Source: an uncultured delta proteobacterium (lineage in GTDB: Bacteria; Desulfobacterota; Binatia; UBA9968). From it: a stretch of DNA of 64,000 nt. How positions within the stretch are numbered: position 1 is the first letter of the stretch; each line of letters opens with the position of its first letter. The position numbers were made by a program, and so were the translations under genes. Location: NCBI GenBank assembly GCA_963727625.1, contig CAVSHR010000005.1, forward strand, positions 736,001-800,000. Direction: 5' to 3'. This document shows positions 21,801 through 29,969 of this stretch, one piece after another. Under the pieces are notes generated by a model. It was not told the DNA's origin, made no database searches, and worked only from the letters and a program-made list of their open reading frames with translations.

Positions 21801-23988
21801 GCGCATGAAGAGTACGATTTCGGAACAGATTGCCCAAACAAAACGTCCCGTGATCATTCCAAAGATTCAAGAAATCGCGGAAGGGGACAGGTTTTCTTTC
21901 TACCGCCAACACGGCCTCGTCAGCTATCTCGGGGTGCCGTTAATTGGTAGGGATGACGTGCTTGGGATCCTCGGTGTTTACACCACCGCCTTTCACGAAT
22001 TTACCGAACAAGAAATCGACATATTCCTGTCCGCCGGGAGTCAAGCCGCCATCGCGATCAACAATGCGCGCCTTTTCGACGACATTACGCTTGCGAAGAA
22101 TCAACTGGAGGTCACAAATCAGTCGCTGGACCGCTCCCTCATGCACCTCGATAGTCTTTATGCGACCCTCGCCCCGTTGACTCCCGGCGCCACCCATCAG
22201 GAAATTCTGAACGTGGTCATCGGCCGGCTCATCGAAACCACCGGCGCCGACGCCGGCCTGATCCGGGTCTGGGATGCTGAGGCGAAGAACTACCGGATCG
22301 TCAGTCACAGCGGCTACCCGAAGCCTTTCCTGACCCGCTTAGAGAAAATCCCGCCAGGAGGCGCCGTCGACTGGGTGGCTCAGCACTGCGAACCGATTCT
22401 GGCGCCGGACATCGCCGCCGAGGAGCGCTTTCAAGGTAAATCTCAGATGGAGTACGGTTTTCGTTCGAGCGCTATGTTGCCTTTGATCACTCAGGATGAC
22501 GTGCGCGGTGTTATACAATTGTCGAGTAAACAACTGGGCCGATTCGACCAAGAGCATCGAGACCATCTCGTGGCGATAGCCCGGCAATTGAGCATCGCCT
22601 TAGAAAACCGCCGGCTTTTCGACGACCTTAAGTCATCCCGAGACGATCTCGAAAACGCCAACGCGGCGTTGACCGATAGCAATCGCATGCTGACTGCCCT
22701 GCACACGGTCGCGTCCGTGTCCAGCCAGTCGTTGAAACTAGAGCTGATCCTAAACGCAGCGATTCAAAAAATCGCCGAAATCTTTAATTTCGATGAAACC
22801 CTCGTTCATCTTTACGACAGGAACAAAGATGCTTTCATCCTCCGAGCGGCTTTCGTGGACGATCCGAAACTCTTCTCCTCGACGCGGTCATTCAAAATGG
22901 GCGACAGCGTTGTCGGAGCCGTCGCTCAGTCCGGCGAAAAAATGATTTTTTTCGATGCGCCGAACGATCCCCGGTACCGGGCACTCAGCCGTACGAGCAC
23001 GATGAGCCAAGACGGTTACCGTTTTTTGGCGGTGTTCCCGATCAGGGGAAAAATGGCGAGTCTCGGTACCATCGACTGTATAAATACGCGCCCCCGCTCT
23101 CTCTCAACAACCGAGGTTCAATTGCTCGAAGCGATCTCGGACCAGTTGGCCGTCGCCATTGAGAACAGCTGGCTTTATGAAGACGTGCGGTCAAAAGTCG
23201 ATGAGCTCCAATTCAAGACCATCGAGCTTGAACGCGCCAATAAAGTCAAAGACGAATTTCTCGGCATGATTTCCCACGAGCTGCGCACCCCGATCAATGT
23301 CATCATGGGCTATACCTCGCTGTTCAAAGACGGCGTGCTCGGAGCAATTGGGCCACAGCAGGAAAGCGCCCTGGCGAAAATCGCCCGCGAAACCAAGGAA
23401 CTGTTGGAAATGGTCAATACGCTCCTGTATGCGACCACGCTGGAAACTGAACAGGTCACGATCGAAGCCCAGGAGTTCAGTCTGGATTCTTTGTTGGCCG
23501 AATTGCGCGCCAACTATGCGGTGACGGCACCGCAGCAGGTGATCATGGAATGGCGCTACCCTGCCGACTTGCCAAACCTCAACACCGATCGGCTAAAGCT
23601 CAAGCAGGTCCTCGACAATTTAATCGGCAACGCAATCAAGTTCACCGAAGAAGGCAGCGTGACCGTCGCCGCGCGGGTCGCCGATGGCAACGAGCGTGGC
23701 GCAAAGAGCATAGCGCCTGGCTCTGAGCCCTCAGCGCTAAGCCCTCAGCCCCCGTTTCTTGAAATCACCGTAACCGACACCGGCGTCGGCATGCCCAGCG
23801 ATAAACTCAGCACGATCTTTGAAAAATTTTACCAGGCGGACAGCTCGGGGACGCGCTGCTTCGGCGGCGTCGGCTTGGGCCTTTATATCGCAAAGCATTT
23901 TACCAATCTGCTCGGCGGGGAACTCAGCGTCACCAGTACCGAGGGCGTCGGGTCGGCGTTCACGCTGACGATTCCCTTGGGATCTTAA
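18808..23988 (+). CDS. Giant cytoplasmic histidine kinase REC-PAS-GAF-PAS-(GAF)x5-HisKA-HATPase
   Basis: 1726 aa. N-terminal REC (ILVADDD, SDVLMP), two PAS/PAC, six GAF-like repeats (five closing with Q/L-A-x-A-I/L-x-N), SHELRTPIN, NAIKFT, GVGLGL. Confidence 0.92.
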   Translation: MKILVADDDSINRKYLHALLSHEGHTVIECDNGLATLAWLEKNPCDAVISDVLMPQMDGYRLCYEIRTNKNLKNTPVILYSATYLSAADEKAAMAMGADKFMRKPALPEQILEALNEAIEKPRTEHSEAPPEKPGDMPALREYSESLVRKLEETIIELSVANAALAENERRRRAIIESEPECVKILARDGTLLEMNPAGLRMFEANSAEPVIGKKVYPLIVPEHRRSFQELTEAVFRGESGTLEFEILGLKGTRRWLDTHTAPLRNSNSEIVAALGITRDITEQKHNATLLSGQMRVLEMIARGAPLPATLDALLRVIEEQSSDMLCSILLLDAEGKHLRYGAAPRLPERYQQAIDGAAIGEGTGSCGSAVYRREQVIVEDITSDPLWQDCRQIALAHGLRACWSTPIFDAQQRVLGSFAMYFHAPRRPEEQYSRLTDIATRIAAIAISKQREEDALRESESRFREMADSAPVMIWITSADGSCTYLNKQWQDFTGQTDETGLGSGWLDALHPNDRERAGREFADANRRHESFRMEFRLRRREGEHRWVIDSAQPRLSERGEFLGYIGSVFDISERKQAEDERQRSLNRVRALHEINLAITSTMNRQSQLDMLLEKIESFFAFPIVSSMRLFRPETGRLECLAQRGVIVSEWLSREPGRTLHRALQVVQNKAPVIVPDIHSDVHAKDRPMPASFGLVSYAGVPLIARDQVIGVLGVYTQELHEFSAEEIEFLTTLAGQAAVALENAQLYEQTVRRRREAEALAKIARSLTETLDISAIGERVVSSVMELFNVKGATLRLRQPDGSLIRLAAAGDVFSQIPGGAVIPPATGIAGLAFAERKPIASADMLNDPAIQVSEAMRDYIRSSGNGSILAAPLSARENLIGILSLTDTVGRSYMDNEVALLQSFADQVALALYNAQLYKESENHLKQVQALREIERAITSTLDLDSVLHLLLEKIDVFLPSSAVTTIRLFNHNTGKFDDTACRNLDEKAWRGRARRMKSTISEQIAQTKRPVIIPKIQEIAEGDRFSFYRQHGLVSYLGVPLIGRDDVLGILGVYTTAFHEFTEQEIDIFLSAGSQAAIAINNARLFDDITLAKNQLEVTNQSLDRSLMHLDSLYATLAPLTPGATHQEILNVVIGRLIETTGADAGLIRVWDAEAKNYRIVSHSGYPKPFLTRLEKIPPGGAVDWVAQHCEPILAPDIAAEERFQGKSQMEYGFRSSAMLPLITQDDVRGVIQLSSKQLGRFDQEHRDHLVAIARQLSIALENRRLFDDLKSSRDDLENANAALTDSNRMLTALHTVASVSSQSLKLELILNAAIQKIAEIFNFDETLVHLYDRNKDAFILRAAFVDDPKLFSSTRSFKMGDSVVGAVAQSGEKMIFFDAPNDPRYRALSRTSTMSQDGYRFLAVFPIRGKMASLGTIDCINTRPRSLSTTEVQLLEAISDQLAVAIENSWLYEDVRSKVDELQFKTIELERANKVKDEFLGMISHELRTPINVIMGYTSLFKDGVLGAIGPQQESALAKIARETKELLEMVNTLLYATTLETEQVTIEAQEFSLDSLLAELRANYAVTAPQQVIMEWRYPADLPNLNTDRLKLKQVLDNLIGNAIKFTEEGSVTVAARVADGNERGAKSIAPGSEPSALSPQPPFLEITVTDTGVGMPSDKLSTIFEKFYQADSSGTRCFGGVGLGLYIAKHFTNLLGGELSVTSTEGVGSAFTLTIPLGS
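23692..23754 (+). repeat. Nine degenerate tandem heptamers (GnnCnnn) inserted in-frame in the HATPase domain
   Basis: gagcgtg gcgcaaa gagcata gcgcctg gctctga gccctca gcgctaa gccctca gcccccg; 63 nt = 21 codons. Confidence 0.6.
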
Positions 23989-24006
23989 GGTCGCAAAGCT
24001 CCAAGC

Positions 24007-24032
24007 GCGGCGCGACGCCGCTTTGCTGGTTT
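24007..24032 (+). terminator. Possible intrinsic terminator after the giant kinase
   Basis: GCGGCG-cga-CGCCGC followed by TTTGCTGGTTT. Confidence 0.35.
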
Positions 24033-24162
24033 TGGCTTAATTTCAGTGCCGCAGGAGTTCATTTTTGGCAAAACCTTTCAAGAACTTACCGAAAAATCGC
24101 TGCCACGTCTGTTGGCATAGAGCTAACTGGCTATATTCACAGCGATTTACGAATTCCAAAGT

Positions 24163-24179
24163 CTGGCATGTTAGCTGCT
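24163..24179 (+). promoter_or_regulatory. Sigma54 promoter
   Basis: CTGGCATGTTAGCTGCT = GG-N10-GC; IHF-like TTTCAAGAACTTA at ~24076. Confidence 0.6.
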
Positions 24180-24198
24180 ATAGTTAGCGTATAGCTGG

Positions 24199-25602
24199 TT
24201 GTTTGAAGTAGCCAAAAGCACTTCTCGTGCGATCGGAACCACAAATCGGAACTCAGGGCAATTTACCGTGATGATCGAATCTTTATTTCACTGGCCCATG
24301 AGAAATGGCAGCCCCAAGTCAAAACCGAGCGCGGCCAACTCAGCCGGTTCGACGAGCATTGACGGCCGGTTACGGCACGCAGATCGAAAAGACATCACCG
24401 CTGTCCAATGGTTGGTTGCGATCGCCGTTTCTTATTTCGTCCTCACCACAAACGATCTCAATCTAACCGAACCGCTGCCCGCACTTTTAATTTTAATTTC
24501 CCTCGTCTCCGCGGTCCTGCTGCAGCGCCTCCCCGAGGCCTTATTTGAGAAACGGATAGTCGAGCCCGGACTTCTCCTTGTCGACTCGTTACTCATCTTT
24601 TCAGCGATTACGACGTCGCAGCAGATACCCTGGGACCTGCTGATCCTGTTTTTCTTCTGTGTTTTTCTCGCGGCCATAGGCGAGAACCTGGTACAAATCG
24701 GCGTGGGATCCGTCCTGCTGAGCCTAGTCTTCGTGATGTTTGTTTCCCCAAACGCGGCGGAGTTTTCGACTGTCCACCCGAATTTTCTTTTCCGCGTGCC
24801 ATTCATGTTCGGCATCTCGATCTTTTACGGCTATCTGGTCAGTCAAATAAAAAAACAGAAGAAACGGGCGGAACGGATGGAAGAAGCTTCGAGATTGAAA
24901 CGGCAACTGGTCTGCGCCCTGGCGCATGACATCAAAACGCCGCTCAACGTCATCTTCGGCCACGCCGAGCTGCTTGCCGATCCGTCCGGCGGGTACTCGA
25001 CTCCGGCGGAAAGAAAAAATTCATTCAACTGCATTCGAGATAATATCGACCGGATCGTTAAGTTGATCACGGATTTTTTGGACGTTGCAAAATTGGAAAC
25101 GGCGAATCCGCAAGACGCGCTACACTTGGTTCAGTTGAATGACATCGTCCAAGATGTGGTCCGAGAGCAAATGATCATGGCTCGCGAGAAAAACCTCAGC
25201 CTGCTGCTTCAACTTGACGCCGAGCTTGAACCGGTCTTCGGCGACCCCGATCAATTGCAACGCGCGTTAAGCAATTTAGTCAGCAACGCGATTAAGTTTA
25301 CCCCAGGCGGCGGGCGCATCACCCTGTCATCTCAGATGATCGAGAAAAAAGTCGTGATGCGGGTGAGTGACACCGGGATAGGCATTCCCACAGACGAGGT
25401 CCCAAGTTTGTTCTCTGAATTCCGGCGGCTCAAAGGAGCCGAGAACATCGAGGGAACCGGACTGGGGCTTTTCATCGTCAAAACCATCGTCGAGGCTCAT
25501 GGCGGCAGCGTCTCAATGGAAAGCGAAATGGGCCGAGGGACGACTTTTACAATCCAGCTGCCACCGGCGTCGAAAGCCGTGGCACTCAGGCAAGCAGCCT
25601 AG
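24199..25602 (+). CDS. Histidine kinase with 6-TM integral membrane sensor domain
   Basis: Six hydrophobic helices, then LAHDIKTPLN, NAIKFT, DTGIGI, GTGLGL. The true start may be the ATG at 24271 or 24298. Confidence 0.88.
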   Translation: MFEVAKSTSRAIGTTNRNSGQFTVMIESLFHWPMRNGSPKSKPSAANSAGSTSIDGRLRHADRKDITAVQWLVAIAVSYFVLTTNDLNLTEPLPALLILISLVSAVLLQRLPEALFEKRIVEPGLLLVDSLLIFSAITTSQQIPWDLLILFFFCVFLAAIGENLVQIGVGSVLLSLVFVMFVSPNAAEFSTVHPNFLFRVPFMFGISIFYGYLVSQIKKQKKRAERMEEASRLKRQLVCALAHDIKTPLNVIFGHAELLADPSGGYSTPAERKNSFNCIRDNIDRIVKLITDFLDVAKLETANPQDALHLVQLNDIVQDVVREQMIMAREKNLSLLLQLDAELEPVFGDPDQLQRALSNLVSNAIKFTPGGGRITLSSQMIEKKVVMRVSDTGIGIPTDEVPSLFSEFRRLKGAENIEGTGLGLFIVKTIVEAHGGSVSMESEMGRGTTFTIQLPPASKAVALRQAA

Positions 25603-25799
25603 CAAACCCCAGGCACCAACACTGCCTTGAATGGCACACCGCAAAGCCCGCGAACACACGGTGCCTTCAAACGGTCTCGCCAGATTGTTTTAGAACCGTC
25701 CAGTAGTTTAAGCGCCCCGCGGATAATCATTGAATTTGACGCAGCGATCAGGAGCAAGTTACCTAGCGAATCGCTAGCAGGGGGCGGAGCAAGACCGGC

Positions 25800-28700
25800 A
25801 TGAAGTTGCGCAACCAACTCGTCATCCTCACCACCGCGACCTGTTTGCCAATCTTAATCTTCGCGGCCCTCCTCATCTTTTTGCAGAGCAAAAACGAAGC
25901 CGCCGGGCAACGGCAAAGACTTTCCGAAATCGCTAACGAGTTGTCATCCAACATCGATCGCGAGCTGCGCGCCGCGATTGATCGGTTGGAAGTTTTAGCG
26001 ACCTCGAGTTATTTGGATTCGGGTGATTTAGGGCGATTCTACCAACAGGCCGTGCGGGTTCTCGATATTCACGCTCCCTGGGAAGCTTTCGTGCTCGTGG
26101 ATCCGTCCGGCCAACAGGTCGCCAATACCCGGGTGCCATTTGGCTCTCCACTTCCAATGACCGGCATTCCGGTGTTTAACGCGGCGGTAGTCAAGACCCG
26201 GCAGCCGGTTGTCTCCAATCTATTTTTGGGCGGTGTCGTCAAGACCCCGGTGATCGCTATTGGCGTCCCGGTGATTCGCAATGGTGCAGTCAAGTACACG
26301 CTCACGTCGAGCGCGGCGCGGCATTTCCTAACCGACTTGTTAAAGCGACGAATGCTTCCGGCTGGCTGGCTCGCAATAATACTCGACCGCAACCGGGTGA
26401 TCATTGGCAGGCTCACCCATACCGAGCAATTTTTCGATCAACCCGCGACCCCTCTTTTCTCGGCCAAAAGCAAGAGCGAACCGCAAGGAATTTTTACCGG
26501 CGTCACCAAGGAAGGAATCCCGGTGAGCGCGGCATACCGGCGCTCCGAATTTACCGGCTGGACAGTCGGCGTCGCGGTGCCCACCGTACTCCTCGAAGCC
26601 CCCATGCGGCGTTCATTTCTGATGCTTGCTCTCGGTGGCACTGCTCTACTCATGATTGGATGCGCTTTGGCATTTTACTTCGTCAGACGCATCACCCTGC
26701 CTATCGCCTCATTATCGGAAAGCGCGGCAGCCCTGGGACGGGGCGAAACACCAGTCCCGCTGTCGTCGCCTATTTTGGAAATCAATCAAGTTGCCCAGGC
26801 GATGCAAAATGCCGCAGCCGAGCGATTCCGGGCGGAAGCGGAGCGGACACGGTTACTCCGCGCGCTGGAATCGAGCCTCAACGAAATTTATATCTTCGAC
26901 GCCGACACCTTGATCTTCGAGTTCGTCAACCACGGCGCATGCCGCAACCTCGGCTTTTCGTTGGAACAACTGCGGCGTATGACGATTTTGGATATCAAGC
27001 CGGAGTTCAGCGAAGAGTCGTTTCGTAAAACGATCGCGCCGCTGGTTCGCGGCGAAACCGAATTTCAAGTCTATTACAGCGAGCATCTCCGCTCCGACCG
27101 CAGCCGCTATCCGGTGGAAGTTCATCTCCAGAAGGTCCAGGAGATCGGCCGTGTCAGTCTGCTTGCCGTCATCCTGGACATTACCGAACGCAAGGTAAAC
27201 GAAGCGCACATCCAACAATTGAATCGGGTCTACGCCGTTTTGAGCGAGATCAATAAAGCCATCGTCCGTGTGCGCGATCCTCAAGAGCTGTTGCATCAAG
27301 CATGCCGCATCGCGGTCGAAAAAGGCAAATTCCTCATGGCCTGGACCGGACTGCTCAATGCCGAGACCGGCTTGATCAAACCCATAGCCCAGGCTGGCCT
27401 GAGCGAGGGCTACGTCGAAAATCTGCAAATCGAGGCGAGTCTGAAAACGCACGCCCTCGGCCCCACGGCCACCGCCCAGCGCGAGGGCATCCACGATGTC
27501 TGCAACGACATCGAGAACGACCCGCGAATGGCGCCGTGGCGGGACGAGGCGCTACGGCGCGGCTACCGCTCCTCCGCCGCCTTTCCGCTCAAAATCGGCG
27601 TTGAGGTGGTCGGAACCTTCAATCTTTACTCCGCCGAGCGCGGCTTTTTTAATCCGGAGGAATTGACAATTCTAGACGAGTTGGCGGCGGATATCGGTCT
27701 CGCCTTGGAAATTCACCGCTACGAATCGGAGAAACTCCGGGCCGAAAATTCCTTACGCGAGAGCGAAGAGCGCTTTCGTCAACTTACCGAAAATATCCAT
27801 GAAGTCTTCTGGCTGAGCACTCCGGACAAAAGCCGCATGATCTACGTAAGTCCGGGTTACGAATCGATCTGGGGACGCAATTGCCGGAGCCTGTACGACT
27901 CGCCGCGCGACTGGCTGAACGCGATTCACCCAGAAGATCGCGACAACGTGCTCCGAGCGGCACTGCGCGAACCGGAAGACGGAGCGTACGACCAAGAATA
28001 TCGCATCGTGCGCCCGGACGGCGCGATCCGCTGGATACGCGACCGCGCCTTTCCCGTGCGCAACGGTGCCGGCGCGGTTTACCGTATCGCCGGGATCGCC
28101 GAGGACATTACCGACCGCAAAAGAGCTGAGGAGACATTGAACAGAGCGCACGAGCAACTCGAAGCGACGGTCAACGAGCGGACCCGTGAGCTCAGCGAGG
28201 CAAACGTCAAGCTGCAGGAACTGGACCGGCTCAAATCCCAGTTTTTAGCCAACATGTCGCACGAACTACGCACCCCTCTCAACGCCATCATCGGCTTCAG
28301 CGAGCTCATGCACGACGGCAAAGCCGGCAGCCCGGTCTCCGCCGAGCACAAAGAATATCTCGGCGATATTCTCGACAGCGGCAGGCATCTGTTGAATCTC
28401 ATCAACGATATCCTCGATCTTTCTAAAGTCGAGGCCGCCAGAATGGAGCTGCTCAAAAGCACGGTCTCCATCGAGCAGATCATCGTCGAGGTCGTACAAA
28501 ACATCGCCCCGATCATGACGGTCAATTCGCTCAAATTAATCCGCGAAATTCCACCAAACTTGCCTCCCATCACCACCGACAAGCGTAAACTCCTGCAAAT
28601 CGTTCTCAACCTGGCCAGCAACGCGGTGAAGTTCACCAGCCATGGAGAAATCACTATCCGCTGCGAGGTTGTCGGTGGAAATATGAACGTGTGCGTAAGT

Positions 28701-28913
28701 GATACCGGAATCGGCATCAAATCCGAGGAGCTGCAATATCTATTTCAACCGTTCTCACAGATCAATGACAGCCTGAGAAAGCGCTATGAAGGCACGGGCC
28801 TCGGACTCTATCTATCCAAAAGACTGGCTCAGCTTCTCGGCGGAGACGTCAGCGTCATCAGTGAATATGGTAAAGGCTCAACCTTTACCTTAACCGTTCC
28901 GGTAAATGACTAG
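25800..28913 (+). CDS. Sensor histidine kinase TM-Cache-TM-HAMP-PAS-GAF-PAS-HisKA-HATPase
   Basis: Periplasmic dCache-like region (PVVSNLF...GWTVGVAVP), HAMP, PAS, GAF, PAS_3, FLANMSHELRTPLN, NAVKFT, GTGLGL. Confidence 0.9.
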   Translation: MKLRNQLVILTTATCLPILIFAALLIFLQSKNEAAGQRQRLSEIANELSSNIDRELRAAIDRLEVLATSSYLDSGDLGRFYQQAVRVLDIHAPWEAFVLVDPSGQQVANTRVPFGSPLPMTGIPVFNAAVVKTRQPVVSNLFLGGVVKTPVIAIGVPVIRNGAVKYTLTSSAARHFLTDLLKRRMLPAGWLAIILDRNRVIIGRLTHTEQFFDQPATPLFSAKSKSEPQGIFTGVTKEGIPVSAAYRRSEFTGWTVGVAVPTVLLEAPMRRSFLMLALGGTALLMIGCALAFYFVRRITLPIASLSESAAALGRGETPVPLSSPILEINQVAQAMQNAAAERFRAEAERTRLLRALESSLNEIYIFDADTLIFEFVNHGACRNLGFSLEQLRRMTILDIKPEFSEESFRKTIAPLVRGETEFQVYYSEHLRSDRSRYPVEVHLQKVQEIGRVSLLAVILDITERKVNEAHIQQLNRVYAVLSEINKAIVRVRDPQELLHQACRIAVEKGKFLMAWTGLLNAETGLIKPIAQAGLSEGYVENLQIEASLKTHALGPTATAQREGIHDVCNDIENDPRMAPWRDEALRRGYRSSAAFPLKIGVEVVGTFNLYSAERGFFNPEELTILDELAADIGLALEIHRYESEKLRAENSLRESEERFRQLTENIHEVFWLSTPDKSRMIYVSPGYESIWGRNCRSLYDSPRDWLNAIHPEDRDNVLRAALREPEDGAYDQEYRIVRPDGAIRWIRDRAFPVRNGAGAVYRIAGIAEDITDRKRAEETLNRAHEQLEATVNERTRELSEANVKLQELDRLKSQFLANMSHELRTPLNAIIGFSELMHDGKAGSPVSAEHKEYLGDILDSGRHLLNLINDILDLSKVEAARMELLKSTVSIEQIIVEVVQNIAPIMTVNSLKLIREIPPNLPPITTDKRKLLQIVLNLASNAVKFTSHGEITIRCEVVGGNMNVCVSDTGIGIKSEELQYLFQPFSQINDSLRKRYEGTGLGLYLSKRLAQLLGGDVSVISEYGKGSTFTLTVPVND

Positions 28914-29030
28914 CCGTGACGCCGCGCGCAGCGAAAGCGCGAGGGAGCGGAAGATGGATACGGCGCACGCGCTTCTGCGGAGGAGAAAGCCCGCATGAAG
29001 GAGCCACTGCGAATTCGTATCGATTAGGGG

Positions 29031-29429
29031 TCAAACCATCAACGGCTGCAGGCGGCTCGGACCTTCGAGGAGCTGCTCGATGATTGAAAGCAGCTCGCCA
29101 TGGTCGACGGGCTTTTGGAAAAACGCTTTGGCGCCGGCTTCCAGACATTGTTGTCGGTTACTTCCTTCATCCCGGGCGGTCAAGACGACCACAGGGATCG
29201 ACGCCAGGGCGTCGATATTCCCGAGCCTTTCCATCACCAGATACCCGTCGCCGGCCGGAATGCCGAGATCCAGCAAGATCAAGTCCGGCGATTCCTTGAT
29301 CGCCTGACTGATCGCGGAGACGGTGTCGGCCGCCAGAACCGTGACATAGTCGTGGGCGCGAAAAAGAATTCTCAACCCCCTCGAGACATCTTCGCAATCT
29401 TCAACGATCAAGATTTTTTTCTTTGCCAT
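29031..29429 (-). CDS. Single-domain response regulator
   Basis: GGAGAGG SD, MAKKKILIVED, LILLDLGIP, LTAR, FFQKP. Confidence 0.88.
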   Translation of the reverse strand: MAKKKILIVEDCEDVSRGLRILFRAHDYVTVLAADTVSAISQAIKESPDLILLDLGIPAGDGYLVMERLGNIDALASIPVVVLTARDEGSNRQQCLEAGAKAFFQKPVDHGELLSIIEQLLEGPSRLQPLMV

Positions 29430-29470
29430 GAGCCTCTCCGTTATTTGTGGCATCGCGGGCCGCGTCCGCC

Positions 29471-29875
29471 TTAGCAAATCGACGATTCGATCAGCCTGGG
29501 CTGTTCATCGTCAAGCTCTCTATGGATTGCCATCATGAGCGCGTCGTTATCGAAGGGCTTCTCGAAGTAGTCCCTGGCGCCGGCCAAAATCGCGGCATCC
29601 CGATACACCTCGGCGGGCCGTGCGCTAACCACGATGATCGGAAGATTCGCCGCCGAATTTAGCTGGCTGACGATTTCCATCACGACAAACCCGTTGGTGT
29701 CCGGCAGGCCTAAATCCATCAGGATTAAATCCGGTTTACGCATCGCCGCCAACTGGATCGCCGATGCGGCATCCGGAGCCGACAAGGTCGTGTAGCCTCG
29801 CGCGAGCAAGCGCACGCTCATCGCCAGCATCAAGTCTTTATCGTCCTCGACAATCAATATTGTTTTCGACTTCAT
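29471..29875 (-). CDS. Single-domain response regulator (paralog of neighbour)
   Basis: AAGGAG SD, MKSKTILIVEDD, LILMDLGLP, VSAR, YFEKP. Confidence 0.88.
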   Translation of the reverse strand: MKSKTILIVEDDKDLMLAMSVRLLARGYTTLSAPDAASAIQLAAMRKPDLILMDLGLPDTNGFVVMEIVSQLNSAANLPIIVVSARPAEVYRDAAILAGARDYFEKPFDNDALMMAIHRELDDEQPRLIESSIC

Positions 29876-29969
29876 AATCGCTCCTTTTAAAAACCGACTC
29901 GCCCGTTTAGCTAGGATGACATTGTGATCGTTCGCACCGGTTTCGCGATACGCCGTTGAAAGCCACCGC

